Part shown: positions 17,990 through 27,988 of the stretch, piece after piece | Numbering within the stretch: position 1 is the stretch's first letter | How the letters are laid out: every line of letters starts with the position of its first letter | Source: Planctomycetota bacterium | Lineage (GTDB): Bacteria > Planctomycetota > UBA8108 > SXIK01 | NCBI GenBank assembly: GCA_965223845.1 | Contig: CBDCXR010000004.1 | Location: 1,600,001 to 1,664,000, forward strand | Length of the DNA: 64,000 nt | Reading direction: 5' to 3' | Program-made: the position numbers and the translations under genes | The notes under the pieces: model-generated | The model's input: only the letters and a program-made list of their open reading frames with translations | The model's database searches: none | What the model was told of the DNA's origin: nothing

Positions 17990-20900
17990 CTAGGTCGACG
18001 ACCGAAGCACGATCCGTTCCGTCTCCGCGCTGTCGACCGCACGGAAGAACTCGACGAGCGCCGCGACGTCCTCCGGTTCCACCGTCCCCGGCCTGAGCGT
18101 GAAGTCGCGGCGGACGACGACTTCGCCCGCCCCAGGTTCGTACTGGAGCGAGTAGGATCCGAGCGAGGAGAGAAGCGTCGCGCCGGCGGGGAGTCGAGCG
18201 ACGGCGAAACCGTCCGGAATCCGCAGTCGAGTGACGTCGCGGGAGACGCGAATCGCCCGCAGCACGAACGAATGTTCGCGTTCGGCCTTGCCGCCGTAGC
18301 TCCGAACGAGCTGGAGCGGCTGCGGAATCGGGCGGAAAAGAAACTCCCCGTCCGCTCCCGATTCGAGGACGCGCGTCGACTCGAGCTTCATGTGAATGCG
18401 AAACGGCTCGTCGTCGTCCAGCCCGTGAAACTCGCCGGCGGTGAGGCGGGCTCCCGGGTAGAGTCGTGTCGCCATTCCCTGGAGCGCGAAGCGACGCTGA
18501 AACTCTTGAATCGTTTTCATGCGATCTTTTTGCGCGAAGCCGGCGAAAACGCGCGAAGTCATGTCGATCACGACCGAAGCGGTCGGACCGTTTCCGTCGA
18601 GCGTGACGTCCACATCGAACGATGACGCGATCGAAGCGGGATCGAGACCTCGGAGCGACACCAAGCGACCGCGGGAAGCATCGGGAGCGATTATGTAGGC
18701 GACGCCTCCCGGAAGGACCTCCGGGAGGAGGCCGATCGGCAGATTTCGCTGCGCGAGCGTGATGAACCGCGGTTCGGCTCCCGGCGCTTCGAGGCAGACG
18801 TAGGGGCGCGCCTGGAACGACGAAGTCGACGGAAACCGCCAATCGATCGCCGGCATAAACTCCTCGTTCGGACGAAGAAACGCCCAGCTCGAACGGACTT
18901 GAGCGGCGTCGAGGAGCGCTTTGAAGAGCACCGTGCGGTCGCCGGCTTTTTCGAGCAGAACGGCGGCCGCGCTTCTCGAACCCCGCGGCGAGACGATCGA
19001 GTCGTTCACGAATTCGTAGAGAGCCCGCACCTTTTCGTCGTCCGTCTCCAGCCCTTCCGTCGCGGCCGCGGCCGCTCGGCGGACCTCGGAGGTGACGCGA
19101 GCCGAGCGCGCCACGCGAGCGTGAAGCCGGTGCGCGACTTCGTCCCAGTCGCTCGCTGCGGCAACTCGCACGGCCGGAATCAGTTCATCGGCCGAGGGTT
19201 GAAACGGCTCGGCGACGAGACGCGGAACTTCACGCGCTTCGTAAACGATGACTCGGGCGCCCCCCTCGAGCTCGGATTCGGTCTTCGTGACGCGCGCGAA
19301 CTCCGGGCCACCGTCCCGCCGATCTACGTCGAGGTTCGACTCTATGACTTCGGCATCCACTCCGGGGTCGAGCACGACGACGTACCGGCTGAGGAAGAAC
19401 GATTGCTCGAACTGCGGATCCTGGAAGTAAAACCGCGACCCGCGGAGCGGCCGACCGACGGGACGACTGCGGTCCACGCGGTAGGCGAACTCGACCCAGC
19501 TTCCGACTTTGAGTCCCGGCATGTCGTACGCACCGCGGCCCGTCGCGGGAACCGGCTCGAGAACGTTGCCGTCCGGATCGATCGAGCGGAGGAGGATCAC
19601 TTCACCCGGAGTCGGAACCGTCGAGAGCGACTCGACGGCCTCGTCGCTCAGAAGCCGAAACGCCTGGTGGGTGTACTCGGTCGACGAGCCGTCGGCTCGC
19701 AATCGGAGGACCGCGATGTCGAGGACGACGATCCCGCTCGCTTTGTCGACGAGCGGACCTTCGGCGGGGACTCGGTCCATCCAGTCTTCGAGGCGCTCGT
19801 CCCAAAGAGCGAACTCGTCGGACGTCGCTTCGTCGGTGCGCCAGCGCGCGCTCCTCAGATAGCGTTCGAGCTCCGATTGGCCGGGGTCGAGCGAGAGTGC
19901 TCGCTCGTACTCCTTGCGAGCTTCGTCGGCGGCTCCCGCCGCTTCGAGCGTTCGCGCGACCGCGAGAGCCAGAGTCGGCGACTGAGGGTTCTCGGCCGCG
20001 ACGCGGCGTCGAATCTCGAGCGCCTCGTCGAACCGGCCCGTGTCGGCGAGAAAGCGCGCGAGCGCATCGAGCGCGGGGCGTCGTCGTCCACTCACCTCGG
20101 CGTAGGCGCGATAGTGCTTTTCGGCATCCGCGAGAGCGCCTTGCTCCCACGCGAGCCGCCCGATCTCGCGCAGTCGATCGACGCTCGCGCGGTCGAGTGC
20201 GTAAGCCTTCTCGAGCGCGGAGCGCGCGGCGGCCGGATTCCCGAGGCTCTCGTAGCGTTCGGCCTCTACCGCATGCGGCAGTGGGGATTTCGGCAAGACC
20301 TTCGCGAGGCGCTCGATCACCTCGTGCTCGAGCGTGGTCCACTCCGCGGTCCGGTAGATCGAACGCAGCCGAAAGAGCCCGCGTACGAACCGCGGGTTCT
20401 GGGCGAGAGCCTTCTCGACGGTCGTCGCGGCTTCGCCGTACTTCGCGTCCTCCTCGAGGTAGCGCGCCACTCGCTCGTACGCGGGAAGAAACTTCGGGTC
20501 GATCTCGACGCACCGCTGGAACGAGGTCTCGGCTTGTGTCTTCCGTACCGTATCGGGAAGGTAGCCCGCGTAGCGGAACACTTGCCCCGTGTGGTAGAGA
20601 ATCGACGGCTCGTCAGGCGCGAGCTCGAGGGCGCGCTCGGCGGCTTCGACCGCGAGGTCATCCCGATCGTAGAAGATGGCGAGGCGCGCGAGCCCGGCGG
20701 CGTCGCGGGCCGCTTCGACCGCATCCGCCGCGACCGAAGGCGCCCTCGTTTCTTGCTCACGCGGACCGAGGACGCGTTCGACCCACACTGCGAGCGGAGT
20801 GCGGACCGGTGCCGTGGGCTGCTCTTCGGGAGCGCTGGCCTCGTGCAGCTCGGAATGGGAACTGATCTCGACCGCTTTCCGGTCGATCGGGCGACCACCG

Positions 20901-21721
20901 GGGTCCGTCAGGCGAAGCCGAAACGAGCCGCGGCACTTGACGAGCACGCGGTTCCATCCCGCGCTGAGGCGAACGAGCGAGCGTCGCGGCGACGGCTCGA
21001 AGGTCGGGCGGTTCACGTCGCGTACGACGACGGTGCCGTTCAGCCAGACGAGAAGCTCGTCGGCCGATTCGCGTTCGAAGCAGACATCGATCGCGGTGGC
21101 CGCGCGGAGTTCGGTCTGAGCGTAAAACGTCCCCGATCGGGGATGGAGATGCTGCGTTGGACGCACTGACGAGCGATCCGGTGGAATCTCGATCCGCTGC
21201 CAACGCAGTTGCTGCCAACCATCGGCGTGATCGACGTCGAGGCCGGGCTGCGTTTCGACGCCGTACGCGTAGTCGAGCGAACGGCTCTCCGTCTTCCCGA
21301 AGGGGCCGATGACCCACCACGTCCGCAGATGGCCGTCACGCGCACGGCGGGCCGCGGCGCCGTCGCGGTCTCCCCGCTGCGCGGCGAGGAGTGCGAGAAC
21401 ACGCTCGAGCGGAGTCTCGGTCCACCCGGAGAGCGCCCCTCCGGTGGCGAGTCGCGTCAACTCTTCCTCGAGCGCGTAGGGATCGCTGAGATCGGAGACG
21501 AGATCGGCGAGACGGCGCGCGAGAAGCTCGCTTCTCGGGTCGTCGCCGTAGCGCCGGAGGCCGTCGAGCAAGGCCTGCGCTAGCGCGTCGGCATCACCCG
21601 CGCGTTCGGCATCGGAGCCGATCGCGATCTGCGCGAGGCGCGGAGCCGCTTCGGCCGGGAGCGCTCCCGAGAGCGAGAGAGCGAGGGTCACCGTCCAGAG
21701 AGTCAACGTGCGATGGAGCAT
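17990..21721 (-). CDS. Secreted TPR + DUF3857 + degenerate transglutaminase-like protein
   Basis: Signal peptide MLHRTLTLWTVTLALSLSGALPAEA, WWVIGPF beta-sandwich, TPR array, MPGLKVGSWVEFAY (DUF3857), KVRALYEFV. The catalytic Cys position reads KAGDRTVLF. Confidence 0.78.
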   Translation of the reverse strand: MLHRTLTLWTVTLALSLSGALPAEAAPRLAQIAIGSDAERAGDADALAQALLDGLRRYGDDPRSELLARRLADLVSDLSDPYALEEELTRLATGGALSGWTETPLERVLALLAAQRGDRDGAAARRARDGHLRTWWVIGPFGKTESRSLDYAYGVETQPGLDVDHADGWQQLRWQRIEIPPDRSSVRPTQHLHPRSGTFYAQTELRAATAIDVCFERESADELLVWLNGTVVVRDVNRPTFEPSPRRSLVRLSAGWNRVLVKCRGSFRLRLTDPGGRPIDRKAVEISSHSELHEASAPEEQPTAPVRTPLAVWVERVLGPREQETRAPSVAADAVEAARDAAGLARLAIFYDRDDLAVEAAERALELAPDEPSILYHTGQVFRYAGYLPDTVRKTQAETSFQRCVEIDPKFLPAYERVARYLEEDAKYGEAATTVEKALAQNPRFVRGLFRLRSIYRTAEWTTLEHEVIERLAKVLPKSPLPHAVEAERYESLGNPAAARSALEKAYALDRASVDRLREIGRLAWEQGALADAEKHYRAYAEVSGRRRPALDALARFLADTGRFDEALEIRRRVAAENPQSPTLALAVARTLEAAGAADEARKEYERALSLDPGQSELERYLRSARWRTDEATSDEFALWDERLEDWMDRVPAEGPLVDKASGIVVLDIAVLRLRADGSSTEYTHQAFRLLSDEAVESLSTVPTPGEVILLRSIDPDGNVLEPVPATGRGAYDMPGLKVGSWVEFAYRVDRSRPVGRPLRGSRFYFQDPQFEQSFFLSRYVVVLDPGVDAEVIESNLDVDRRDGGPEFARVTKTESELEGGARVIVYEAREVPRLVAEPFQPSADELIPAVRVAAASDWDEVAHRLHARVARSARVTSEVRRAAAAATEGLETDDEKVRALYEFVNDSIVSPRGSRSAAAVLLEKAGDRTVLFKALLDAAQVRSSWAFLRPNEEFMPAIDWRFPSTSSFQARPYVCLEAPGAEPRFITLAQRNLPIGLLPEVLPGGVAYIIAPDASRGRLVSLRGLDPASIASSFDVDVTLDGNGPTASVVIDMTSRVFAGFAQKDRMKTIQEFQRRFALQGMATRLYPGARLTAGEFHGLDDDEPFRIHMKLESTRVLESGADGEFLFRPIPQPLQLVRSYGGKAEREHSFVLRAIRVSRDVTRLRIPDGFAVARLPAGATLLSSLGSYSLQYEPGAGEVVVRRDFTLRPGTVEPEDVAALVEFFRAVDSAETERIVLRSST

Positions 21722-21819
21722 GGGAGTCGAGTTTCGGGCCGAGGGGCGAGGCGGTTGATTCAGCCGCGGCGATCCGAATGCGGAAGAAGCTCGGAGCGTC
21801 GCTGTAAGGGAAGGTCCAT

Positions 21820-24800
21820 TCAGGTGCGCTCGAGGAGGATGCGCTTCCGATCGAGTTCTCCGATCGCGCTCGTGAATTCGCGAAACACGTCGTATTCGGC
21901 GACGTCCACTCGCGCCGCGCGAACTTCGATGGTCCGGCGGACCACGACGCGCTGCGGCGAATCCGCGGTGTACTCGACCCGGATGAGGCCGTGCGCGGTC
22001 TCTTTCTCGAGCGGCTCCGGGAGAGATTTCACCCGCAGGCCGGCGGGAAGCTCGTACACGGTTTCGAGCGATGATCGTCGTGGATTGCCGACGAGGACGT
22101 CGAAACGCCGCTCCTCGAGCCCGCCGAGGGCCGCGAGCTGCGCCGAAGACGAGAAGAAGTCGCTCTCGGGCCTGAGCGTCAGCCCCTCGGGCGCTTCGAC
22201 CACGAACTTGGGCACGCGGATCGACGCGCGAAGAGACACCGGCTGATCGAGATCGCCGAGGGCGGAGAATTCCTGTGCCTCGATGGTCGAACCGGCGAAC
22301 TTGCGCGAGAACCACCGCTCGAGTGTCTCCTTTCGCTTCGATTCGATCTCGAAGGAGCGGCGTACGTACACCGCGTAGTCGCCAGTGCACTCGACGCGAA
22401 GATCGAGCTCGGCTCCGAGATCCTCGTCGACGCGAACCCGCGTCTCCTCGATGAGTTGAAGCCGGTTCGGATCGTTCCACGGGATCTCCTTCAGCTCGCC
22501 GCCGTCTGGATTCACGACGAGGACGTCCGCGCCGCGATCCATCGACGGGAGCTCTTCGAGAGCGTGTCGCTGAGCCGTGCCGTCGAGAAAGAGCTCGGGG
22601 TGTTCGTCGCTCCCCGGAATGTAGGTGATGCAGTGATTGAAGTGGTTGACGAGCGGCAGCGAGAGGTCTTCGTTCGCGCGCGACTGTGTGCCGTAGATGA
22701 GAACGGGATACGCGTCGATGCCGACTTCCTTCAGCATGACGGACATCAGCGTCGCCTTGTCTTTACAGTCGCCGAACTTGCGCGCGAAGATGTTCGCCGC
22801 GTTGTACGGCTTGAATCCGTGAACGCCGAACTCCCACATGTTGTAGCGAATGTCGGTGACGATGAAGTTGTAGATAGCACGGATCCGCTCGAGATCGTTC
22901 TCCGCGCCACTCGTGAGCTCACGCACCTTGCGGCGGATCTCGGGACTGCTCTCGAATTGCTTTCGGATGAGATTCCAGTACCAGGAGGTGAACTCCGTCC
23001 AATTCGCAAACGTCGACACTTCGAGGAGCGGGCTGATCTCGGTGAGCGGCGGCATCCCGGGCTCGGCTTCGAGCTTCGGGACGTTCTTTGCGACCCATTC
23101 ATAGACGATCGAGTCGGACTCCGGTCGGTCCTCGACTCTCGGCTCGACGTCGAAGTTGCGCCGATGAAAGTTGAAGCGTCGCGCGCGCGGTACTTCGAGG
23201 ACGAAGACCTTCTCGCGGATGGGGACACTCTGCTGAAAGAGCTCGCGGTGGCCGAAGTAGTCGCCGAAGAAACTTTGCCGAGTATCCTGGCGGATGTACT
23301 CGACTTCGACGACGTCACCGGGAGAGAGCGGGGGAAGATCGATCCCGCCTCGGCGGTAGGTTCCGGATCCACCGCGTTCGCCACCGTAGCGCTCGAGCTT
23401 GGCGTCCGTCACGCGTCCGTCCCGGTGGTGGACGCGCCCTTTGACGAACTCGAGCTCGTGATCGCCGTCAGCGTAGTAGGTCCCGAAGGTGTCGTACTGC
23501 CTGACCCCGTAGTCGTTGAGCACTTCGACGACGGTTTGGTGAAACTCCCGTGCCGTTCCGTCGACGTTCACTTCGGTTGCCGTCAGCTCGAACAGGATGC
23601 GTGCCGGTGACTCCTCGTCGTCGCGCTCGGCGGCCAGAGCCGCTGCGATGACGCTGGCGACGTCGCGACGGTGCTCGTCTTCGAACGAATCCCCACTCGC
23701 GCGCAGATACTCGACGTAATCGCGGATCTGTGGCGAATTCGGTTTCAGCTCGAGAACGCGATCGAAACTGGCCAGCGCCGACGCGCGCTCTCCCGACCGG
23801 AGCTCGAGTCGCGCTCGTCGTTCGACGAGATCGGGATCATCCGGACAGATGGCGACCGCGCGCGCAATCGCCGCGAGAGCGCCGTCCAAGTGATCGCGTC
23901 CCTCGTGAAAGCGAGCGATCTCACCGAGCCACGCGTCCGAGTATGGATCGAGCGTGTGTCCCTCCTCGAGGAGGGAGAGAGCTTCTTCGTCGCGAGCGGT
24001 ACCCGCGAGGAGAGTGGCGAGACGAGAGCGGAGCCTGCCGTCGAGAGCATTCGTCGCCAGTCGCTCGCGGAGGAGTCGTTCGGCCTCGGCGAGCTTGCCC
24101 GCGCGGAGCGTCTTGTCGATCCGTTCGGAGCGCGTAAGGACACTCGCGTTTGGAAGTGCCGCCAAATCTCGCTCGAGCCGCTCGGCCGCGAGAGGAAATC
24201 CCGCTGCCGTCGCGATGTCGGCGCGGAGGCGCAACGCCGCCTCGCACGACGGATTGAGCTCGAGTGCACGATCGCAGTACGTTCGCGACACCGTCAGGTT
24301 GCGGAACTGACGGTAGTAGTAGCGACCGAGCTCGTACGCCGCACGTGCGGATCCGCGGTCGAGTGCGGTGAGCATCGTCCGACGCCACGCGTTTTCTTCC
24401 TGGCGCGCGGCGATCGAGACATTGCGCCGCCGGCTCGAGGCGAGGCTCAGGTAGTAGAGCGACGGGTCGGCGTCGAGTGCGACGGCGCGCTCGATCCACT
24501 CTTCGTCCGGGTGTTCGTTTTCGTCGTGCGGGTGGAGCTGAAGGAAGAGCGCTCCGAGACGGTAAGCCTCGCGCGCGTCGGTCGTCTCGGGCGTCGTCGC
24601 CGCGGCGAGTTCCTCGAGGACGTTCGGTCGGATCTTTGGGGATTCGTTCGACGATCCTTCGGCCGGTCCCTCCGGAATCTTCGCGCGTTCCTCGGCCGGC
24701 GCGTCGCCCTCCTCGACGTCGGCGAGCGGGCTCCCGTCGGGCGCGGTGACCCGCGCCGAGAAGCGCCACGGCCCCTTCGACTGCGCGAGCTTGACGAGGA

Positions 24801-25647
24801 TTTGATTCCACCCCTTTCGGAGCCGAACACCGGCGGAATCCTGGCCCCGGCGGAACGGCCGATGGAGGTTCTTCGACTGAACGAGCTCCCCGTTCACCCA
24901 GAGCTTGTAGGAGTCTTTGGTGCCGAGACGAATCGCGACCGTCTGCGCGCTCGCCGACTCGAGATAAGTGAGCGCGTACGCGAGACACTCCTCGTTCGGC
25001 TCGAACAGACTGCCGAGGTCGACGAGACCGGCGAGCGGGGTGGAGGGAAGCTCTCGCCACGAGACGCGTTGAGTTTTTCCGTTGTACGCGGCGGTGAAGT
25101 CGACGGGCTCGGTTTCCGGCGGGTACGCGGTTTCGAAACCCCCGCCGCGTTCGTTGTCGAACGGACCGATGACGCGCCAGCGTTCGAGGTACCCGAGCGG
25201 CCTCCAGCGTTCGCGCGCCGCGTCGACGGACGCGCCCTGCGCGAGGTCCAGATAGCCGAGCTGTCGTCTCGCCCAAGCCGCGGTGAGCGGCAGGTCGTCG
25301 CGCTTCGACCACGACTCGAGCGCGCTCGCGTCCTCAACGGATTCGCCGGTGACGCCGCGGAGACCGGCGAGACGAACGAACACGAGGACGGCTTCCCCTC
25401 GCCACGGAGCGAGCGCTTCGGGAGGAAGTGGAGCGGCCAGTCGAAGCGCCGTCCGGTAAGCCTCGGACGCGGCGAACGGTTCGCCGGCGGCGATTTTCGC
25501 TTCGGCGCGCGCGATCGACTGGTTCGCTAGGGCGAGCGCTGCGTCGTCGGCAAAGAGTCCGCCGGGGCGCACTGCGAGGCCGGCGAAGACGACCAGCGGA
25601 ATCAGAATCGGGCCGGATCGGGGGCGGGACGGTCGCGGTGTTTGCAT
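21820..25647 (-). CDS. Secreted TPR + DUF3857 + transglutaminase-like (Cys-His-Asp) protein
   Basis: Signal peptide, WRVIGPFDN domain, TPRs, LPPLSPGDVVEVEY, IRAIYNFIVTDIRY, GDCKDKATL, FNHCITY, LFLDGT. Confidence 0.86.
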   Translation of the reverse strand: MQTPRPSRPRSGPILIPLVVFAGLAVRPGGLFADDAALALANQSIARAEAKIAAGEPFAASEAYRTALRLAAPLPPEALAPWRGEAVLVFVRLAGLRGVTGESVEDASALESWSKRDDLPLTAAWARRQLGYLDLAQGASVDAARERWRPLGYLERWRVIGPFDNERGGGFETAYPPETEPVDFTAAYNGKTQRVSWRELPSTPLAGLVDLGSLFEPNEECLAYALTYLESASAQTVAIRLGTKDSYKLWVNGELVQSKNLHRPFRRGQDSAGVRLRKGWNQILVKLAQSKGPWRFSARVTAPDGSPLADVEEGDAPAEERAKIPEGPAEGSSNESPKIRPNVLEELAAATTPETTDAREAYRLGALFLQLHPHDENEHPDEEWIERAVALDADPSLYYLSLASSRRRNVSIAARQEENAWRRTMLTALDRGSARAAYELGRYYYRQFRNLTVSRTYCDRALELNPSCEAALRLRADIATAAGFPLAAERLERDLAALPNASVLTRSERIDKTLRAGKLAEAERLLRERLATNALDGRLRSRLATLLAGTARDEEALSLLEEGHTLDPYSDAWLGEIARFHEGRDHLDGALAAIARAVAICPDDPDLVERRARLELRSGERASALASFDRVLELKPNSPQIRDYVEYLRASGDSFEDEHRRDVASVIAAALAAERDDEESPARILFELTATEVNVDGTAREFHQTVVEVLNDYGVRQYDTFGTYYADGDHELEFVKGRVHHRDGRVTDAKLERYGGERGGSGTYRRGGIDLPPLSPGDVVEVEYIRQDTRQSFFGDYFGHRELFQQSVPIREKVFVLEVPRARRFNFHRRNFDVEPRVEDRPESDSIVYEWVAKNVPKLEAEPGMPPLTEISPLLEVSTFANWTEFTSWYWNLIRKQFESSPEIRRKVRELTSGAENDLERIRAIYNFIVTDIRYNMWEFGVHGFKPYNAANIFARKFGDCKDKATLMSVMLKEVGIDAYPVLIYGTQSRANEDLSLPLVNHFNHCITYIPGSDEHPELFLDGTAQRHALEELPSMDRGADVLVVNPDGGELKEIPWNDPNRLQLIEETRVRVDEDLGAELDLRVECTGDYAVYVRRSFEIESKRKETLERWFSRKFAGSTIEAQEFSALGDLDQPVSLRASIRVPKFVVEAPEGLTLRPESDFFSSSAQLAALGGLEERRFDVLVGNPRRSSLETVYELPAGLRVKSLPEPLEKETAHGLIRVEYTADSPQRVVVRRTIEVRAARVDVAEYDVFREFTSAIGELDRKRILLERT

Positions 25648-25802
25648 CGAACAGGATCGTCGGCGAATGGAGAGAGTCGAGGTGCGGATCGGATCGGCCG
25701 GACGGCGATCCGTTCCGCGAACGTATTCACTACGAAAGACCCGCAGGGTCGGTGCCGCGCATGGACGCGCCAGCTCCGGGCGCGAGCCGGACGAGATGCG
25801 CG

Positions 25803-27182
25803 CTAGCGATCTTCTTCCCGTCGGACGATGCGCGCGTCGGCCCAGTCGGCTCGGTCGAGCACGGAGTTCATCGTTCCGGGTACACCTCCGAAATCGACTT
25901 CGAGCGAGAGCGTCTCGCCGCCGGCGACCGGAACCGAAATCGGAACCGGTTCATCGCGCCAGGTCATGGCGCGCTCGAAGAGAAGTTTCTGATCGACTCG
26001 AACGCGGAAAACGACCGACGCCACGTTCGCGCGTGCGGCGTCCGGACTCTTCGGCCTCGCCGAATCGTCGAGCCCGATCGTCGCATGGAATCGCAGCGCC
26101 GCCTCGTCGAGCTCGTAGACGAGGAGCGAGTACGAGTGCACGCCGAGTCCCTTTCGGTACGGCCGACCGTTCATCCGCAGCGGGCCGTGAAGGACGTTCG
26201 TGTCGCGCTTGAACTCGAAGCGGCGAGTGAGTTGAAAGAGCGGGCCCGGAAACTCGTCCTTCGCCTTCGGATCGAGATCCGACAGGTACTCGACGCGGTC
26301 GTTTGCAAAGGAAATTGCGCTCACTCGCTTCGGCGAAGACGTCCAGCGGTCGAGGTGCGCGTGCTCGAGAACGATTTCGTTCGGAGAGAGCGAGACCAGC
26401 GCACCCGAAAGAGTATCGCCCGAGACCAGATGGAGCTCGACCGCCTGAGCGGCGTCGGCGGCCGGAGGAGACGAAGGCTCGATGTCTTCGTCCGGATCGG
26501 CGAGGACGACGGCCTCGATCTTTCGGTAGGGGAGCTCGAGGTCGCCCAGTCGATCCGAGTTGACGACGAGGCGCTCGTTCGCGAATTCCTCGACGAGACC
26601 GACGATGCGGTTGGTCGCGTCGTCCGGGCGATCGGATCGGACGAACACGGTGTCGTCTTCCGAGCGGACGGCGGCGAGCCGCCGCCAGAGACGCGACTCG
26701 GCGCCCGCCGCGTCCGACGCGAGGCCGGGAGTGCCCGCGACCGACGCGGCCGGCGCGAGCGCACGGATGGCGTAGAGCGGGACATCCCGCGGAGCGGACG
26801 CGCCGAGAAGAGTGAGTCCGAGCGCGTCTTCGTCGAGATCCGCCGACGGGGCGCTGAGTCGGGCTCGGGCGACATCTCCGTTCCGAAACCGGACGAGCCA
26901 AAACGACGAGCCGTCACTCCCTGAAGACGGGGTCGAGATGCGTCGGAACCGGACGCCGAGGAGCTCGTCGAGTGCGATTCGTTGCCCGCCTACATCGAGA
27001 AAGCGACCGCCGTCCTCAACTCGGATCGCGACCGCCGGATCCTCCGGAAAAGTGAGAGCTCTCGTCTCGGTGAGCGTGTCGACCTCGACGACCACTTCGG
27101 CCACGGGTGCGGCGCGGAGGGCGGGTTGCGCAGCGTCCGGCGCGGTGAGTTGAGCAAGGACCGAGACCAGAATCGAGATCAT
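25803..27182 (-). CDS. NPCBM/NEW2 domain-containing secreted protein
   Basis: C-terminal YRKGLGVHSYSLLVYEL...FHATIGLDD...VVFRVRVD...LSLEVDFG...ADWADARI. Repeated 'V.L.NGD.L.G' units N-terminally. Confidence 0.82.
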   Translation of the reverse strand: MISILVSVLAQLTAPDAAQPALRAAPVAEVVVEVDTLTETRALTFPEDPAVAIRVEDGGRFLDVGGQRIALDELLGVRFRRISTPSSGSDGSSFWLVRFRNGDVARARLSAPSADLDEDALGLTLLGASAPRDVPLYAIRALAPAASVAGTPGLASDAAGAESRLWRRLAAVRSEDDTVFVRSDRPDDATNRIVGLVEEFANERLVVNSDRLGDLELPYRKIEAVVLADPDEDIEPSSPPAADAAQAVELHLVSGDTLSGALVSLSPNEIVLEHAHLDRWTSSPKRVSAISFANDRVEYLSDLDPKAKDEFPGPLFQLTRRFEFKRDTNVLHGPLRMNGRPYRKGLGVHSYSLLVYELDEAALRFHATIGLDDSARPKSPDAARANVASVVFRVRVDQKLLFERAMTWRDEPVPISVPVAGGETLSLEVDFGGVPGTMNSVLDRADWADARIVRREEDR

Positions 27183-27613
27183 GGGACTCCGTCGGAGTGG
27201 AGAGAGCGAGGAGCGAACGAGAATCGACCGGCGAGACGCGGCGGTTCCCCTTCATCTCTCGGACGGTGAGCGTAGCGGACTGCCCGTTCTTCTCGGCGGA
27301 TTCAGCACCTGGGCCTCTCTGCGTCCGTCGCAGGATGGGCGCGGACGGACGCTTCACTCGGGCCCGTCCCGTCGGTCTCGCGTGTCCGGAAGCAGCGCGG
27401 GTGGGATGTCCGCCGGGGATTCGGCCGGAGCGACGACACCCTCCGGGAATCAGAGACCGGCAATCGCTGTCCGTGGGCGTGGGACCGACCGGACGCGCGG
27501 CGGCGCTCAGCGCTCGCCCCCCGACACCAATGTTCCGGAAAGGCGCGCGATCGGGATTCTATGTCTCGTTACGGAAAGCTTCCACCAAAAACGGTTTGCG
27601 ACGATGGCGGTCC

Positions 27614-27641
27614 TTGCAAAAACGACTCGCGGGGTTATCTT
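27614..27641 (+). promoter_or_regulatory. Candidate sigma70 promoter TTGCAA-N16-TATCTT
   Basis: Near-consensus hexamers in the AT-richer patch of the divergent intergenic region. Confidence 0.5.
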
Positions 27642-27988
27642 CTCGGAAGGTGAAGAGTGCGTTTCGTTGCGACGCGGGTCGACTCGTCAGAGGGTCGATC
27701 TCGGGCGAGCGAAAGCGCCGTCGACGACACGGAGTCGAGTGTCCCGTGCAAGCCGGCTGAAGGCCTCGCCGGTCGAACGCATGGGAGGCCAGAGAGAGGA
27801 GCCACGCGCCTGCGTCCGTGACGTTGCGGTCGCCGACCGTCGACCTCGACGTGTCGGGGCGCGCAAGGACGTTCCGATCGCCGCGGCGATCGGCGTCCGC
27901 ACGCGGCGGGCTCGCGTGACCTCGACCCTCCCGGCCAGACCAGGCCGGTGAAGAGCGACGAGAGCGGAAGAGAAGGAGAGGGGGAACG

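Noticed and set aside
21722-22480. N-terminal extension of the 1496-aa ORF
   Set aside because: It overlaps the upstream paralog in another frame. The signal peptide starts at 21721.
18899-25530. Long antisense ORFs (e.g. 18899-21169, 23671-25530; likewise 45628-47664, 60148-61977)
   Set aside because: These are typical stop-poor antisense frames of high-GC genes, with no recognisable motifs.
27181-27951. ORFs in the divergent intergenic region
   Set aside because: Arg/Ser/Gly-rich without motifs. The region contains promoter-like elements instead.
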